NCBI GenBank assembly: GCA_000165425.1
Contig: CT868035.1
Span: 62,001-126,000 of the forward strand
Direction of reading: 5' to 3'
Source of the DNA: Paramecium tetraurelia
Lineage: Eukaryota
Length of the DNA: 64,000 nucleotides
A program made the position numbers and the translations under genes. The stretch's first letter is position 1. Each line of letters begins with the position of its first letter. This document shows positions 36,975-49,682 of the stretch, one piece after another. A model generated the notes under the pieces. It saw nothing but the letters and a program-made list of their open reading frames with translations. It was not told where the DNA came from and did not search any database.

Positions 36975-39900
36975 ATGATAAATTAGTAGAATGTGAATCT
37001 ATAAAGCAATGTTAAGGTTCAATCCATATTAGGTTTCATACCAGCCTTGGTGTTTTAACACATTCTTGAAAATCAAATAAAGGGGATAAAAGCCTAGGTT
37101 CCAGAGATTCAGTCATTTAAGAGTGTAATAATGTTTGCTGATATATGTGGATTCACTAACTTAACAGAACAACTTTCTAAAATAGGTCCAGAAGGATCAG
37201 AAGTGATAGCATTCGCAATCAATAGATATATGGAATTGTTGATAAAATCAATATCAAAGAGTGGAGGAGACATATTCAAATTTGCAGGAGATGCTATTAT
37301 AGTTGTATGGCCGCCTCCGACAAGTTACAATGATAAAGATGAATAGCTCAAAACCTTACTACGTTAAGGAATATAAAGTGCCTTAGATATTTAAGCAAAA
37401 TTGAATGATACTTTCATTTTGGAGAATATAAAACTATCTGTTAAAATAGGATTTGGAGTTGGAGATATCAACATTTTATATGTCGGAGGAGTGTTCAATA
37501 GAAATGAATTCCTAGCAACAGGTTAGGCTCTGATTTAGGCTTTCGAGAGTGAAGCACTGTGCCACAAAAGGAGGCTAAGTTATAATATCTAAGGATGTAT
37601 TTGATATGGTGGGATAGTATTATAATTGTTAAAAAGTGGAATAGTCGTTAATCTTATTTTGTGAATTCCAATAAAGGAGCCAAAGTATAGAATATTTCAA
37701 ACGCTCTCTTAATTAAGAGTAACTTTAGTGCTCAATCATTTGAATCAATAAAGAGTCAATTAATAAGATATATACCTGCTGCCTTACAGTAATACATCTA
37801 TGTAAGTATGCGTATAAAATTAGGTAGATTAAGAAAAATGGAGTTCTGAATTAAGAATATTAACAATAATGTTCATAAATTTGAGTATTGATTTGTCAGC
37901 AGCACTCACTTCTAATGGGTTAAGTCATATTTAATAAGTTGTAGAAACTGTATAAAAATCAATATATGCATTCTAAGGATCTCTCAATAAAATCTTAATG
38001 GATGATAAGGGATCAACATTAATTGTAGTCTTTGGTCTACCTCCTATGGCTAAATAGGATGATCCTGCTAGAGCGGTGATGACTGCTATTACAATGAAAT
38101 AGGAATTAAATGCTATCAATTGTGGATGTAAAATTGGCATTTCGACTGGATGCACTTTCGCTGGTGTAGTTGGAACAAGTGGTTCTAGAAGAGAGTATTA
38201 TTAATATCAATTTAATCTCTAGATACTCTGTAATTGGAGATGCCGTTAATCTGGCAGCTAGACTTATGCAAATTGCTTGTAAAGATGATTAACATTCCAT
38301 TTTGCTTGACGTTGAAACATCAAAAGAAGCTTCATATAAAATGAACATCTCATACTACAAATCCGTTTTGGTCAAAGGAAAAGCAGATAAGGTCAATATT
38401 TATTACCCAGAGGCCAATTTGGAATTGAATAAAATTAGAATTCATAATCCTTTCTTTCCAAGACTTCTCGATAATTATTTATTCGATATTAGCAATTTAA
38501 GAATAATCTAAAGAAGAATTCAATAGTTTCAACTTCAAAATGAATCAAATGTAGTGTTGAAAATCTCTGGAAATTAAGGGTCAGGAAAGTCATATTCTGT
38601 TAAATACTCAATAGATTTCTTTTAGGAGAGTTTTAATTTTATATAAATTAGATTATGTTCCTTTTTATAGAAAGAACAACAATATTTGTATGCTATTAAA
38701 ATTATATTCTAACATTTTCTAAAGAAGATAGGCATCTAACTAAATAAATAATATGATGTTTAATTATTCAAGCAAATATTTGACGAATAAGATCAACTAT
38801 TACAACTCTTTGATTTTGAACCCGTTAGTTAGATCTAACTATTTGATAAGGACTTAAAAAATAAAAATGATTCCTTAGAAACCCTAGACATTCAAATGAT
38901 CAAAGAAAATATAGACTTGTTATTCAAGAAGTTTTAATCGATCACTAACTATCATAAATTAATTTTCGTTTTAGATGATGGTCATAACATCGATGAAGAT
39001 TCTCTAAAAATCATTAGACATCTCATGAAACACAATTAATTCATTTTGCTCATCTTCATTTTCAGATATGAGTACATTGAGTAATTCTAATTTCATGAAT
39101 AACATCAAAATCAAATTCAAATGATTGAAGATGAATTAGATTCAATAACATCTAAATTAAATGATATCAGTAATTTTGAGCATCTCAATTTCAAAAATAT
39201 ATCATTAAATGACTATTAAGTATTGTTATCTGATTTATTTCATATCAATAAGATTAGGTGTTTAAAGAACTAAGAGCAGTCTAATACTCAAGATAAAAAT
39301 ATTTTGCATTATGAATACATTAAATCTTAATTAATGTAATCTAATACTTAAGAATTTTTTTTACAAACCATCTATAGAAAAACATAAGGAAATCCACTGA
39401 CCTTCATAACAATAGTATTTATATATAATTATTATTAGATTGAAAAATTATTGAAGTGCAATTATATGGTTGTAGATAATTAACAATAGGATGTAGTTAT
39501 AATAAATGATTCACTTTAAAATATACTAAATCTGGATGAATTTGTCATTTTAGAATCTCCCTTGAATAAATTCAGACTTAATTCACCCTATTTGGATAAG
39601 GTAGGATGTTTAGAGTTATTGATACTTAAAGTGGCATCAATAATTGGAGACATATTTGATGTATAAACCCTTAATAAAATATAACCATTCAAAGAAGTCA
39701 TTTAAAAAGAAAATTTGATTAAGATTCTAAATAGCTTAGAAGAATTGGAAATCATAGAAACCATGGAACTTAATGATTTGAATAAATATTACAGATTTGC
39801 TAAGCCATTTCTTAGAGAAATTATATATTAGCGATTGCTATTCTCATAAAGGAGAGAACTACATAAATATTACGCGCAAGCATTATAAGAAATTCCATCC

Positions 39901-41070
39901 TAATTTGAAATTGATGAAAAATTGGAAGCTTAGAGATTGGAACATAATTGGATCCTGGCTGAATAAAGGTGGAATAGTTAATCAAATCTGAAACCAAGAG
40001 GATTAGAATTATCGCATAAAGCTAAAAGATCTATCATAATTAAATCAATTCAAACTAAATTAATAGCTAAAACTAATAATATTAAACTTGGTTTATTGAA
40101 AAAGAAATCAGATAAGAATGTCACTTGGGCAGAAAGATATTGTCTGATGACACAAAAAGAATTAAAATATTACTATAGTGAATCAGACTATCATCGATAA
40201 CCATAGAATGCCTTAGCAACTATTATTCTCAGTAGTATTTATTAGATAGTTCCACTTAATGACAAAGAGAAAGTTAATTAAAAGTATGCCTTTGAAATTA
40301 GAACAGGAAATTGGTTTAAAAGATAAAAACTAATGCCAAGAAGAGACTTCTATTTCTCAGCAACAAGTGAAGAATTAATGGAAGAATGGACTATTTATAT
40401 AGAATTTATGAGAGTCAAAGCTACTTATGATGAATTTGTTAATAATTTTGGGAAAATCTAATTTCCAATTGCAAACTTTAAAGAATTCTATGATATGAGT
40501 TTAGGAGCTGAAATGAATAATTATTAACAAAAGTAAACATAAAATAAGAATAATAAATCTAGTATCATTCAAACCTAAAAAAGAAATACTGTGCTATCTA
40601 TCAATAGTTTTTTTAGATAATCTATTGTTGAGAAGAAATAGAAATAAAATAAAGAAGAACTTAAAATATTAATATCTAAGTTTTTCAATAAAAGTTAATT
40701 ATTGCTATTCACACATATATTCGAAAATTCAATTTCAAGTAGAATCCCTGTTATAATTGGTTAAAACACAAAAGCCATGTTAAAATTTGGATAATTCTTT
40801 GTTAAAACTGTTTCAGAATATTCATAATAGTAATAACAAGAAAATGAAACAATTTAAACTGAAGAATCTCCACAAACAAGACCGAGAGCAAGTTTGAACA
40901 TTTCAGAATAAATAATATTAGAAAGTTAAGCTGAATCTATATAAGGAACCCTTAGAAATACAAAAAGGAAATAAACTGCTGAATAGTTTTATAATAAGAG
41001 ATCTAAGAGCTCAGAATTTCTTATTTAATTTAATGAAAATTCCAATTTGGAATAATAATAACAAAGTTGA
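36975..41070 (+). CDS. Soluble (ADCY10-like) adenylyl/guanylyl cyclase with tandem catalytic domains, STAND P-loop NTPase and C-terminal PH domain; frame break near 37554
   Basis: C1 has MFADICGFT and DIFKFAGDA. C2 has NKILMDDKG and RREYSVIGDAVNLAARLM. Walker A is SGNQGSGKS, Walker B is FVLDDGHNID, followed by QGNPL and LKVASIIGDIF. PH region is GLLKKKSDKNVTWAERYCLM..FYFSATSEELMEEWTIYI. Confidence 0.88.
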
Positions 41071-41101
41071 GTATATAATAATTAATATTTAAAAAAGATA
41101 A

Positions 41102-42483
41102 TCAGTAATTAAATTTGGTTATTGTTACTACTTTCATAAGATCATCATTAAAATTTGAGATTTCATAAATGAAAAGAATTTGTTGTCTACATAAAAAACA
41201 TTCTTTGCTTTTTTACGCCATTTCTAATGCACACTTATAGCATATTCCACCATGACCACAAGTCATTAAAACAGCATTTGGTGGATTATCACAACAGATT
41301 ATACATTTCTAACTAGATTCGTTAATTTTGTTTTAATTTTCTTATAATTATTTAGATTCCATTTCTACTGTTTATAAGATTTTCTTGGTTTGACCTCTTT
41401 CAGTCATCAATTCTGTCATCTTTTATGATTATTAAATTAAATCTTATTTAGTTGTTTATCTAAAAAAGGCAGATGATAGCTTTTTTAAAAATATTTAATG
41501 AATTGTATTTCTTCTTTCGTATTATTTTTATTAACTCAGTTAACTAGTAGGTAATTCTCTTTATGAAGATTCAATTTCAGTTTATTATGATTATATTAAA
41601 TAAAAGCAAAAGTCTATTATAGAATCCCATAGCAATTTAGTGATTGCACAAAAAATAATTAAATTAAAAGAGACAGATGAATAAAATAATATTTCCCCAA
41701 TTTTAATAGGTAAATCAAGGCCTAACTTATTGAAAGTGTTAATAATCCACATCACTGAAAGAATGCTGCTTATAACTGAAATATATAGAGCCCAAAGGAG
41801 AGATTTATCTAAAAATAAATAGTTTTTACATTCTTGAGGAACTGTCTGATATTGCTTGAAGATTTCATTTATAATTTTTGATATAAGTACAATAATTAAA
41901 GTAAAACACGTACCTACAAGAGCACTTAGAAACATCCAGTACCACCAAAAGGCTTATGGCCAGGTCCATTCAACATATTTGCTAAGTTTTAAGGAAATAC
42001 AAACACTGGCAACCAATGCTGAAAATCTATAAAAAGTTTTTAACTATATTTGTTAATAAATTGTTTTTTACAAATCTAATGATTGAAGAATATTCATGTG
42101 TTACTTAAGATGAACAACTTTCTTTAGTTCTGATAACAAATGATAAAAGTAAAAACAGATTTCCGAATATAAAATATTAAAGGTTGGTGTAATAAAGGAT
42201 TATTACAAAATTCTTAAGTTATATATATGGAAATTACATATGCCATAATATGGAGAATGTGATCAACCATTTTGACCATCTATTTGTTAGAATAGTAATA
42301 GCAAACCAAGATTTCGAAGACAATACTCAATCCTAAGGGTATTGCAAAAGGTATTCTATTATATTGGAATAGAGCAAATAACAATGCAAACAAGTTGTAG
42401 TAGAGGTAATGGATGCAGAAGTAAGATATAATTTTCTTTATTTTGGTTCTAAAATATTATTGATATTACTTTTAGATTAACAT
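41102..42483 (-). CDS. Multipass membrane protein with C-terminal RING finger (putative E3 ligase); start uncertain
   Basis: Several hydrophobic helices, then CIICCDNPPNAVLMTCGHGGICYKCALEMAQKSKECFLCRQ; TGA at 41102-41104. Confidence 0.85.
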
Positions 42484-42559
42484 TTTTTTTGATAATTAAA
42501 ATAAAATAATATATTTAATCAAAGAAATATTTAATGTCATAAATTTATGTATTTTTATA

Positions 42560-45500
42560 TCATTGCAATCTTTAAGCACTCATTTTAACTTAGCTGCCTT
42601 ATTAGTCCATGCTCTTTCTTTAATTACCCAATCTACTAGTCGATTTTCTTCTAAGGACACTTGTCAAAGAAGTATCCATATCTGCTGATTGCACCTCTTA
42701 TTCTCTAAACAACTCCACAAATTAACACCAACGCTCAGGAACTGCAATCTTAACAAGAATTGAGAATATTAAGCTGCCAAGACCAAATCCAAGACACAAG
42801 AGGTGTTATTGCAAAGTTAAATGAGAAACCTTTACAAATTTCCCTCCATATTAAATGAGCACGCATTAAATAACCAATGTAAAAGTTTAGACAGCCCAAA
42901 ACAAAGGGTTATTGCATGCATTTGCAAATGGGTTGATAGTCTTATAATCCAATTGTCTGCAAGTTATTGAATTGAATACTTGCATGACAACAAAGGTCTA
43001 GAAGAAAATGCTCATTTAGACGACATTTTAATGGTACTAAATAGCTCAATAAATATATTACTTTCTATGCAGCCAATTCTGTAGGTATAGACAAATCCAT
43101 AAATTAAGGAAGAACGAATAAGATGCCACATAGAACACAAATTTGATAGATAGATCCACCAACTATTGTTCTGTTCATAGTGGGTGATACAATTTTGTCA
43201 TCTCTTTTGTATGGTTATCTTTCCAACACTGTAATATTGGGAGGCTCAGTTGCTAAGGCTAAAGAAGCAAATGTATCCATAATAAGAACCCATAACATTT
43301 CTATGGTGTTCAAGGGAGATTCTTTAAGAACTACAGCTCCCAAAAATGACATAAACAAAGCAACCAAATTGACAGTCAATTAAAATTAAATGAACTTTCT
43401 TATGCAATCATAAATGTTTCTACCCCATTTCATAGCTAAATATAAATATTATAATACCTGTAATGATCGAGCTAAAATTATCATCTAATAAAATGATATC
43501 AGCAGCATCCTTAGCAACATCCGATCCTGTAATACCCATAGCAAATCCAACATCTGCTTTCTTTAGAGCTGGAGCATCATTAGTACCATCTCCTGTGACT
43601 GCAATAACATTCCCTTCAGCAATCAAACCAGTAACAAGTATGTATTTATCTTCTGGAGATGCTCTAGCCATAACTTTCATATCCCTACTGACTCTGGCGA
43701 AATTTTCTTTATTGCCAACAACTTTCACTGTTTTTCCATCAACTTATTCATCTTTTAGTCCTCCAACAAATTCTCTAAACTTTTTCCCTTCTACCACTTC
43801 CCATTCACCTATTTCTCTATTTGTTGGCAAGATTCCACATTCCTTAGCAATAGCAGTAGCAGTAAGAATGTTATCTCCAGTCACCATTCTGACTTTGACA
43901 CCAGAGGCATGACATTATTTAATTGAGTTAGGCACATCAGGTCTGATAGGATCTTTAATACCTGCAATAGCAATCAATACTAGATCCTTGTCTAAATCAT
44001 CTTCAGGAATATTTTATGCTACTTTAGTCAATTATGGAATCTATCCTCTAACATTTGATCCATGTGATTAAGGATCAAGATCTCTATAAGCAATGGCTAT
44101 TGTTCTCAAAGAATCTGATGCAAATTTTTGGATAATATTATCATAGATTTACTTTCTCAATTATGGGTCTAACATTTATTCAATACCATTGTTTCCAATG
44201 TATTTATTGCATTACGCCAATATAATTTCAGAGGCACCTTTAGTATAGACTCTAATATATTGTGATTTTTAATTGTAAATAACTGTGCTCATTTTCTTTC
44301 TCTTACTATTGAATGGAAGCTACCTTAATACTTTATCACTTGGTCTAAATTGATTAAAATTATATCCAAAATTATCTGCACATTCCAACAAAGCGCATTC
44401 TGTCTTATTACCTATTTGAACCCATTTATTTGTTTATGGATCCTTTTCAGGAAAAGCGTTTGAATTATAGCAAATACTTTCGCACATGAGCTCAATTGTA
44501 TCTTTCTTAATTTTATTTTTATTCGTTATGAACCTAATCTCTAAATGGTTAATTTTCAGTCCACAAAGCAACAACTTACATTATGTTTTATGTTAGTGTT
44601 CCTGTTTTGTCACTGCAAATATTATTAGCTCCACCCATTATTTCGCATGATGATAAATTCTTAACCAAATTCTATTCATCCTTCATTTTACCCACCGAAT
44701 ATGCTAATGCAATTGTAACAGCCAATGGTAATCCCTCTGGTACTGCCACCACAATTATTGTTACAGCAATCATGAAAGATTCCACTATGATTTGTAAGGT
44801 CTTTATACTCAGAAACGGAAATTTACCCAAATAACAATCATATCCTAAATGTCCCATCAAAGCAATGAATGTTAAAATAGATACTAAAACACCCAATTTA
44901 CCTATGTCTGAAGCAACTCCTTCTAATTTCTATTGCAAAGGAGTTGGAGGATTCTCTTGAATTAATAATTATTTCAACTTTCCAGATACTGTGTTTTAAC
45001 CAACTTTTATATTGAAAATTTTTACCTGCTAATACAATCATTTATCCTGTTCCATCAAGGCATTTTGTGCCTGATATTAAAAATGGACTCACATGTCCTC
45101 TCGCTGCCTCTTGATTCACATTTAATTAATTATGCGGTTATTATGCCATCTCAATATAAGGTAACTTCTTTATCTCATCACTCTCTCCTGTCATAGGGGA
45201 TTCATCAATTTTAACTGCACTTCCTTAAACCATCAAGCCTATTTTAATTGATACAATGTCTTACCATCCACTCCAAACAAATCACCTAAGTTGAAGATTA
45301 ATAAATCTCCAACGACTATATCCTTTGTTTGTATTTCTGTTACTTTACCATCTCTAATTACCTAACACTTTCCATCATCGAGCTTCCTACGTAATTATCT
45401 AAATTGTCTTTCCTTTAAGTAATTGTTTCCCGCTGTTATTGAAATGATCAAGAATATAGCAAAGAAAATCGTTGCTCTAAGTTATAATATTATACAGTTT

Positions 45501-45910
45501 GTTACCCTTCAGTCCATCCTGTTTTTACTCCTTCATTGATCATACCAATTACTGTAGAAACCAAAGCTGCTATTAATAAAATCTGTAGCATAGTGTCCTC
45601 CAAACACTCTAAAATCAATTCACATAATGTTGTTGGCTCTTTCTCAACAGGTAAATTGTCCCCATAAAGTTACTTTGACTTCTCAATTGCACTTTTATCT
45701 TAGAATCCTTTCTAATAATAAACAAATTATCTTCACTTTTAGATCTGTGTTTAATTTCCTTGCTATCCCAAAATCATCTCCTAATTGTTTTACTTTTTAC
45801 ATGCTTGAGCCATCATTGATAGAGTTCAGCTTGAATAAATCCGTCAAGTCATCTATAGATAATTAAGATTGAATTTGGGCTTCCACATCTTTTTATTATT
45901 TGTAGCTCAT
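42560..45910 (-). CDS. PMCA: Plasma-membrane-type Ca2+-transporting P-type ATPase (P2B)
   Basis: [76 protein letters not shown] and [13 protein letters not shown]. Several tiny introns. Confidence 0.96.
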
Positions 45911-47604
45911 TAAATACAATGAACTAAATTTGTTATTAAATGAATATCATTCTAATTGCTATTTATTGGTTCAAAAATACTAAATTGATTCTTTTAAACA
46001 CAATCATAATTGGTTTTAACAGAATTTACAGAATACTTAAATGAAGTATATTTATTAATTAGTCAAATACAGAAAATAAAGAATTTAAAATTAAATAACA
46101 TTGCTAAGATTATAACACAAAGACTTATTGAAAGATTATAAAAACTTTTAAACAAATTATTAAATGGTCATCTTCTTCTACATTTTCAGATCAACATATT
46201 TACCATAACTAATCCAAATTACTCTTTATACATTACCTATTCTTGATAATAGCCTTTCTGCAAAAACTAAGTTGATAGTGAAATGCTTTCACACTTAATC
46301 AACTTTACAATTTTTAGCAAAATCTGAATTTACTATTGTAATTGAACTAATCATCGATTAAATTTACCAAACAAGTCATGATGAAGAATGCATAATTTAT
46401 TTCATTTTTTACATTTAATGTTATTGATGGGAAACATTAATATTTATTAAAAAAATGTAAAATTCTTAAAAAATTTATAAATTTAAAATAGTACATAATT
46501 AATATTTGTTTGCTTGATAAAATAATAAATAATAGACATAGAATTACTAGGATATTTATGATTATGTATCTTGATGCAAGAAAAACTTATTTTAGGATTA
46601 TGAAAATAACTAAGCCATTAGTTACAAGTACAACAATACAAATATCTTTTAATTGAGAATTATATAATTATCTTTACATCCCTTTTCAGCCTGAAATTAT
46701 TAAAAAATGTAGATTAGTTTAAACAAACTGTTAACCGTCTACATACTTAAACAATTCCAAGTGAAAAGGTAATTATTAATTTAACTTAGGTTATTTAATT
46801 GATACCTAATTGATTGGGATTTAATAATGTAATTTATTTTCATCCAGGTTCATGCAAATGCCAAAAAAAATAAAAAAAAATTTGTTACATGTCACCTCCT
46901 TATTCTTCTTATGGAGCTCCTTCCGCTTAGTCATAGGTATATTTCATAATCAAATTACTTAATTCAAAAAAATTATCATGAATTATTTGTTATTAGAAAA
47001 TTCACAACTTTGATTTTGTTTTTCCTGCATTTATTTGCTTATCTTTAATCAGGATACAAAACAAAGGCATTTAGTATTTGGATTAATGAATAATCAGTGA
47101 TTGAAAAAGTTTTCATGTTTTATGAAATCATCTATATCACAATCATTAACTTTAGGGTAAGGTACCTCAATCTAAGCCTAGAAGAAATTTAAATTGCCAT
47201 AAAGGAGTAGAATTATGGCGACTATAAGAAAAAAACATAGAAATTGAAAAATAATCATATTACTGTGAAAAATGGATCATCATTTGATCATTTTATAATT
47301 TAAGAATGAAATGTAAATTCAATATAAGATGAAAAAAGGAGGATAATGTTAAATATTATAATATTCTACAATATGAAAAAAATTCTGTATTTTTCAATAC
47401 TATTTTTTCAAAAAATTATAACTCCACTATTCTAATCTAAATATGTATTATTCAATATTGATAATTATTCTTTGATCATAACATTTACATTTTACAAAAA
47501 TTATTATGTATTTAATTTTTACCTTAACATTTATAATTATAATAATATTTGCTAAAATGAAAAATTTTGTCTAATTACATTTTTATCATAAAATTTATAA
47601 TTTA

Positions 47605-49430
47605 ATGAAAAGGGTTGAATATTACTAAATCAACAAACCCCAATAAAAAGCTAAATAAGAGACAAATAGGTGACCTATTTGCAAATAACAAGAATTAATA
47701 GTTAATAGAGGTAAAAAGGGAAAACTTCATAACGTAGATGAGAAATGACATTCTAAATCACACTTTCGCTTAAAAGGAGGAATATCAATTTCTAAGCCTT
47801 CAAATAATTCGGATAGAAGAGAAGAAGTACGGATATTGAGAATGGAGGGTTTGTGGGACAACTCAGATGTTTACAAAATTTTTCAAACATTTTCATATGT
47901 TTTCATTGATTAATCTACGTAAGATTAGTCGAATGGCAATAATTAATAAAGCTCAAATGCAAAGGAAGTGGTCTTAAGCAAAAGAAAAGGAATTTATTTG
48001 ATTATCTCAGCTGTGTTTCTGTCCAGACTTAAACAAAGTTGAAAGTATATAACTTCAATAAGAATAAATTTTGAAAGTTAATACAAAAAGAAGATAAAAC
48101 TAACGTAAATTAATCTCATACCTATAAAATTGAATTAGAGTATGTAATAAAACAAAAAGAGTAGAACATAGTAACACTGAAAGAAGAAGGATGAAATCAT
48201 AAGCTCTTTCTTCTTATAAAATCCTACATCCATATTCGAAAAAAATAAGGAATAGAAAGAATAGACTCTAAGTAATAGGAATAATAGATCCAATCATTTT
48301 AAAAGAATTAGGATAAATGGCATAAAATAATAAAAAGAAGTTCGCAAAGATACTTTAGTAAGTGAATTATGAGGAAATAAGAAAAGTAAGATCAAAGAAA
48401 CAACTGGTGTTGTTTGGAAGGAAATATTCAAGAACGGACTTCTAAATTTTTTATGAAAGGTATATGAAGGTGAATTAGCAATTCAGTTTCTTGTATCCTC
48501 TTAACCTAATTTATGTGCTACTGTTTATTTAGCTTCGTTAAGAGTATCTGGTTTGATTGAGGATATATTCCATGATTGTATAATTAATTCTTTATTTGGA
48601 CTATCCGATTTATATTTTGTGAGTAGATACTAGCTCTAATATTGATACTACTATTAGATGTGCCAGTATTAAAGCACAGTTCATTGTTTCGCCCCTCAAA
48701 AACCTTTAGTGTCTTTATTATGTTTTTTGCAAAAAATAGAGGAAGAGGAATAACAGTTGGGATACATAAGCGATTCTTTTCAAAGAATATCTCAAATTTA
48801 CTTCCTAAGGTTCATGAGTTATTAGAATGCTCACTAATCAAAGTAACAGGTGAATTACTAGAGGTATTTATACTAAATATATACTACCCTTAAGAATAGT
48901 ATTTTAATAATCAAAAAATGCACTTTAAAAATTAATAATATAACTGATGTCAGCAAAAACAAAAGCAATACTTATCATATTTGGAGATATAAATCATCCA
49001 ATAAATTAAATGTCTTTCATGAAAGATGTTATTCCAATATAATAATACTCCATCAAAAGGATTATTGTCCTAATTTTGCACCTGTATAAAAAAATATAAA
49101 CATATTCTCTGCTAAAACTACCTTAATTAAAATCAATATCAATTATAGAATTTCAATTTCACGAAATAAAGAATGTCATAAAATAACTTATTAACATTTG
49201 ATCTAATATCTGATAAATGGATTAAAAAAACAAGGAACATATGAAGTGCTCTCTGATCTGTGGTCTAAGGAAACTGCTGATTTAATATTGAATTTTGGAG
49301 CAAATCGTTTGGTTCCCTTGAAGAAAAGCATATCCAAGCAATAGTGTAAAGTCCAATTATAAAATGGCTAGAAATTAGATTCCTACGTAAAATTCAGGCA
49401 TTCTATTAATTTAGAAAGTTAAAATGATTC
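47605..49430 (+). pseudogene. Degraded coding remnant of unknown product
   Basis: Protein-like segments (FLQKIEEEEQQLGYISDSFQRISQIYFLRF; GSLEEKHIQAIVQSPIIKWLEIRFLRKIQAFY) and intron-like GT..AG pieces, broken by TGA stops and frame changes. Confidence 0.4.
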
Positions 49431-49682
49431 ATAATTTAATTAAACAAAAATTATAACATTATTATTCGATATTTTTAAAAGTTGAACAATTATAATCATT
49501 ATTATTCAATAAATAATGATTTCTTTTTTGAAAAATATTAATATTTTTATATTGATAAACTCTTTTGAATTATATTTCTATATTTTTATATTAATTAGTA
49601 TTCAATGATAAAAATTGTGTCTAAATTGTATTCGCGCATATTGATTATTTGAATTAAAGTTAATCTTGTTGTGAGATTGAAG

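Noticed and set aside
37545..37570. Euplotes-type programmed +1 ribosomal frameshifting in the cyclase
   Set aside because: There is no AAA-stop slippery site at the shift, and TAA/TAG are sense codons here.
43180..45866. Plus-strand ORFs in the supplied track (43180, 43463, 44583, 45627)
   Set aside because: They are antisense shadows of the conserved minus-strand Ca2+-ATPase.
46560..47330. Possible gene remnant with intron-like pieces upstream of the Ca2+-ATPase
   Set aside because: Too fragmented to assign a frame or product.
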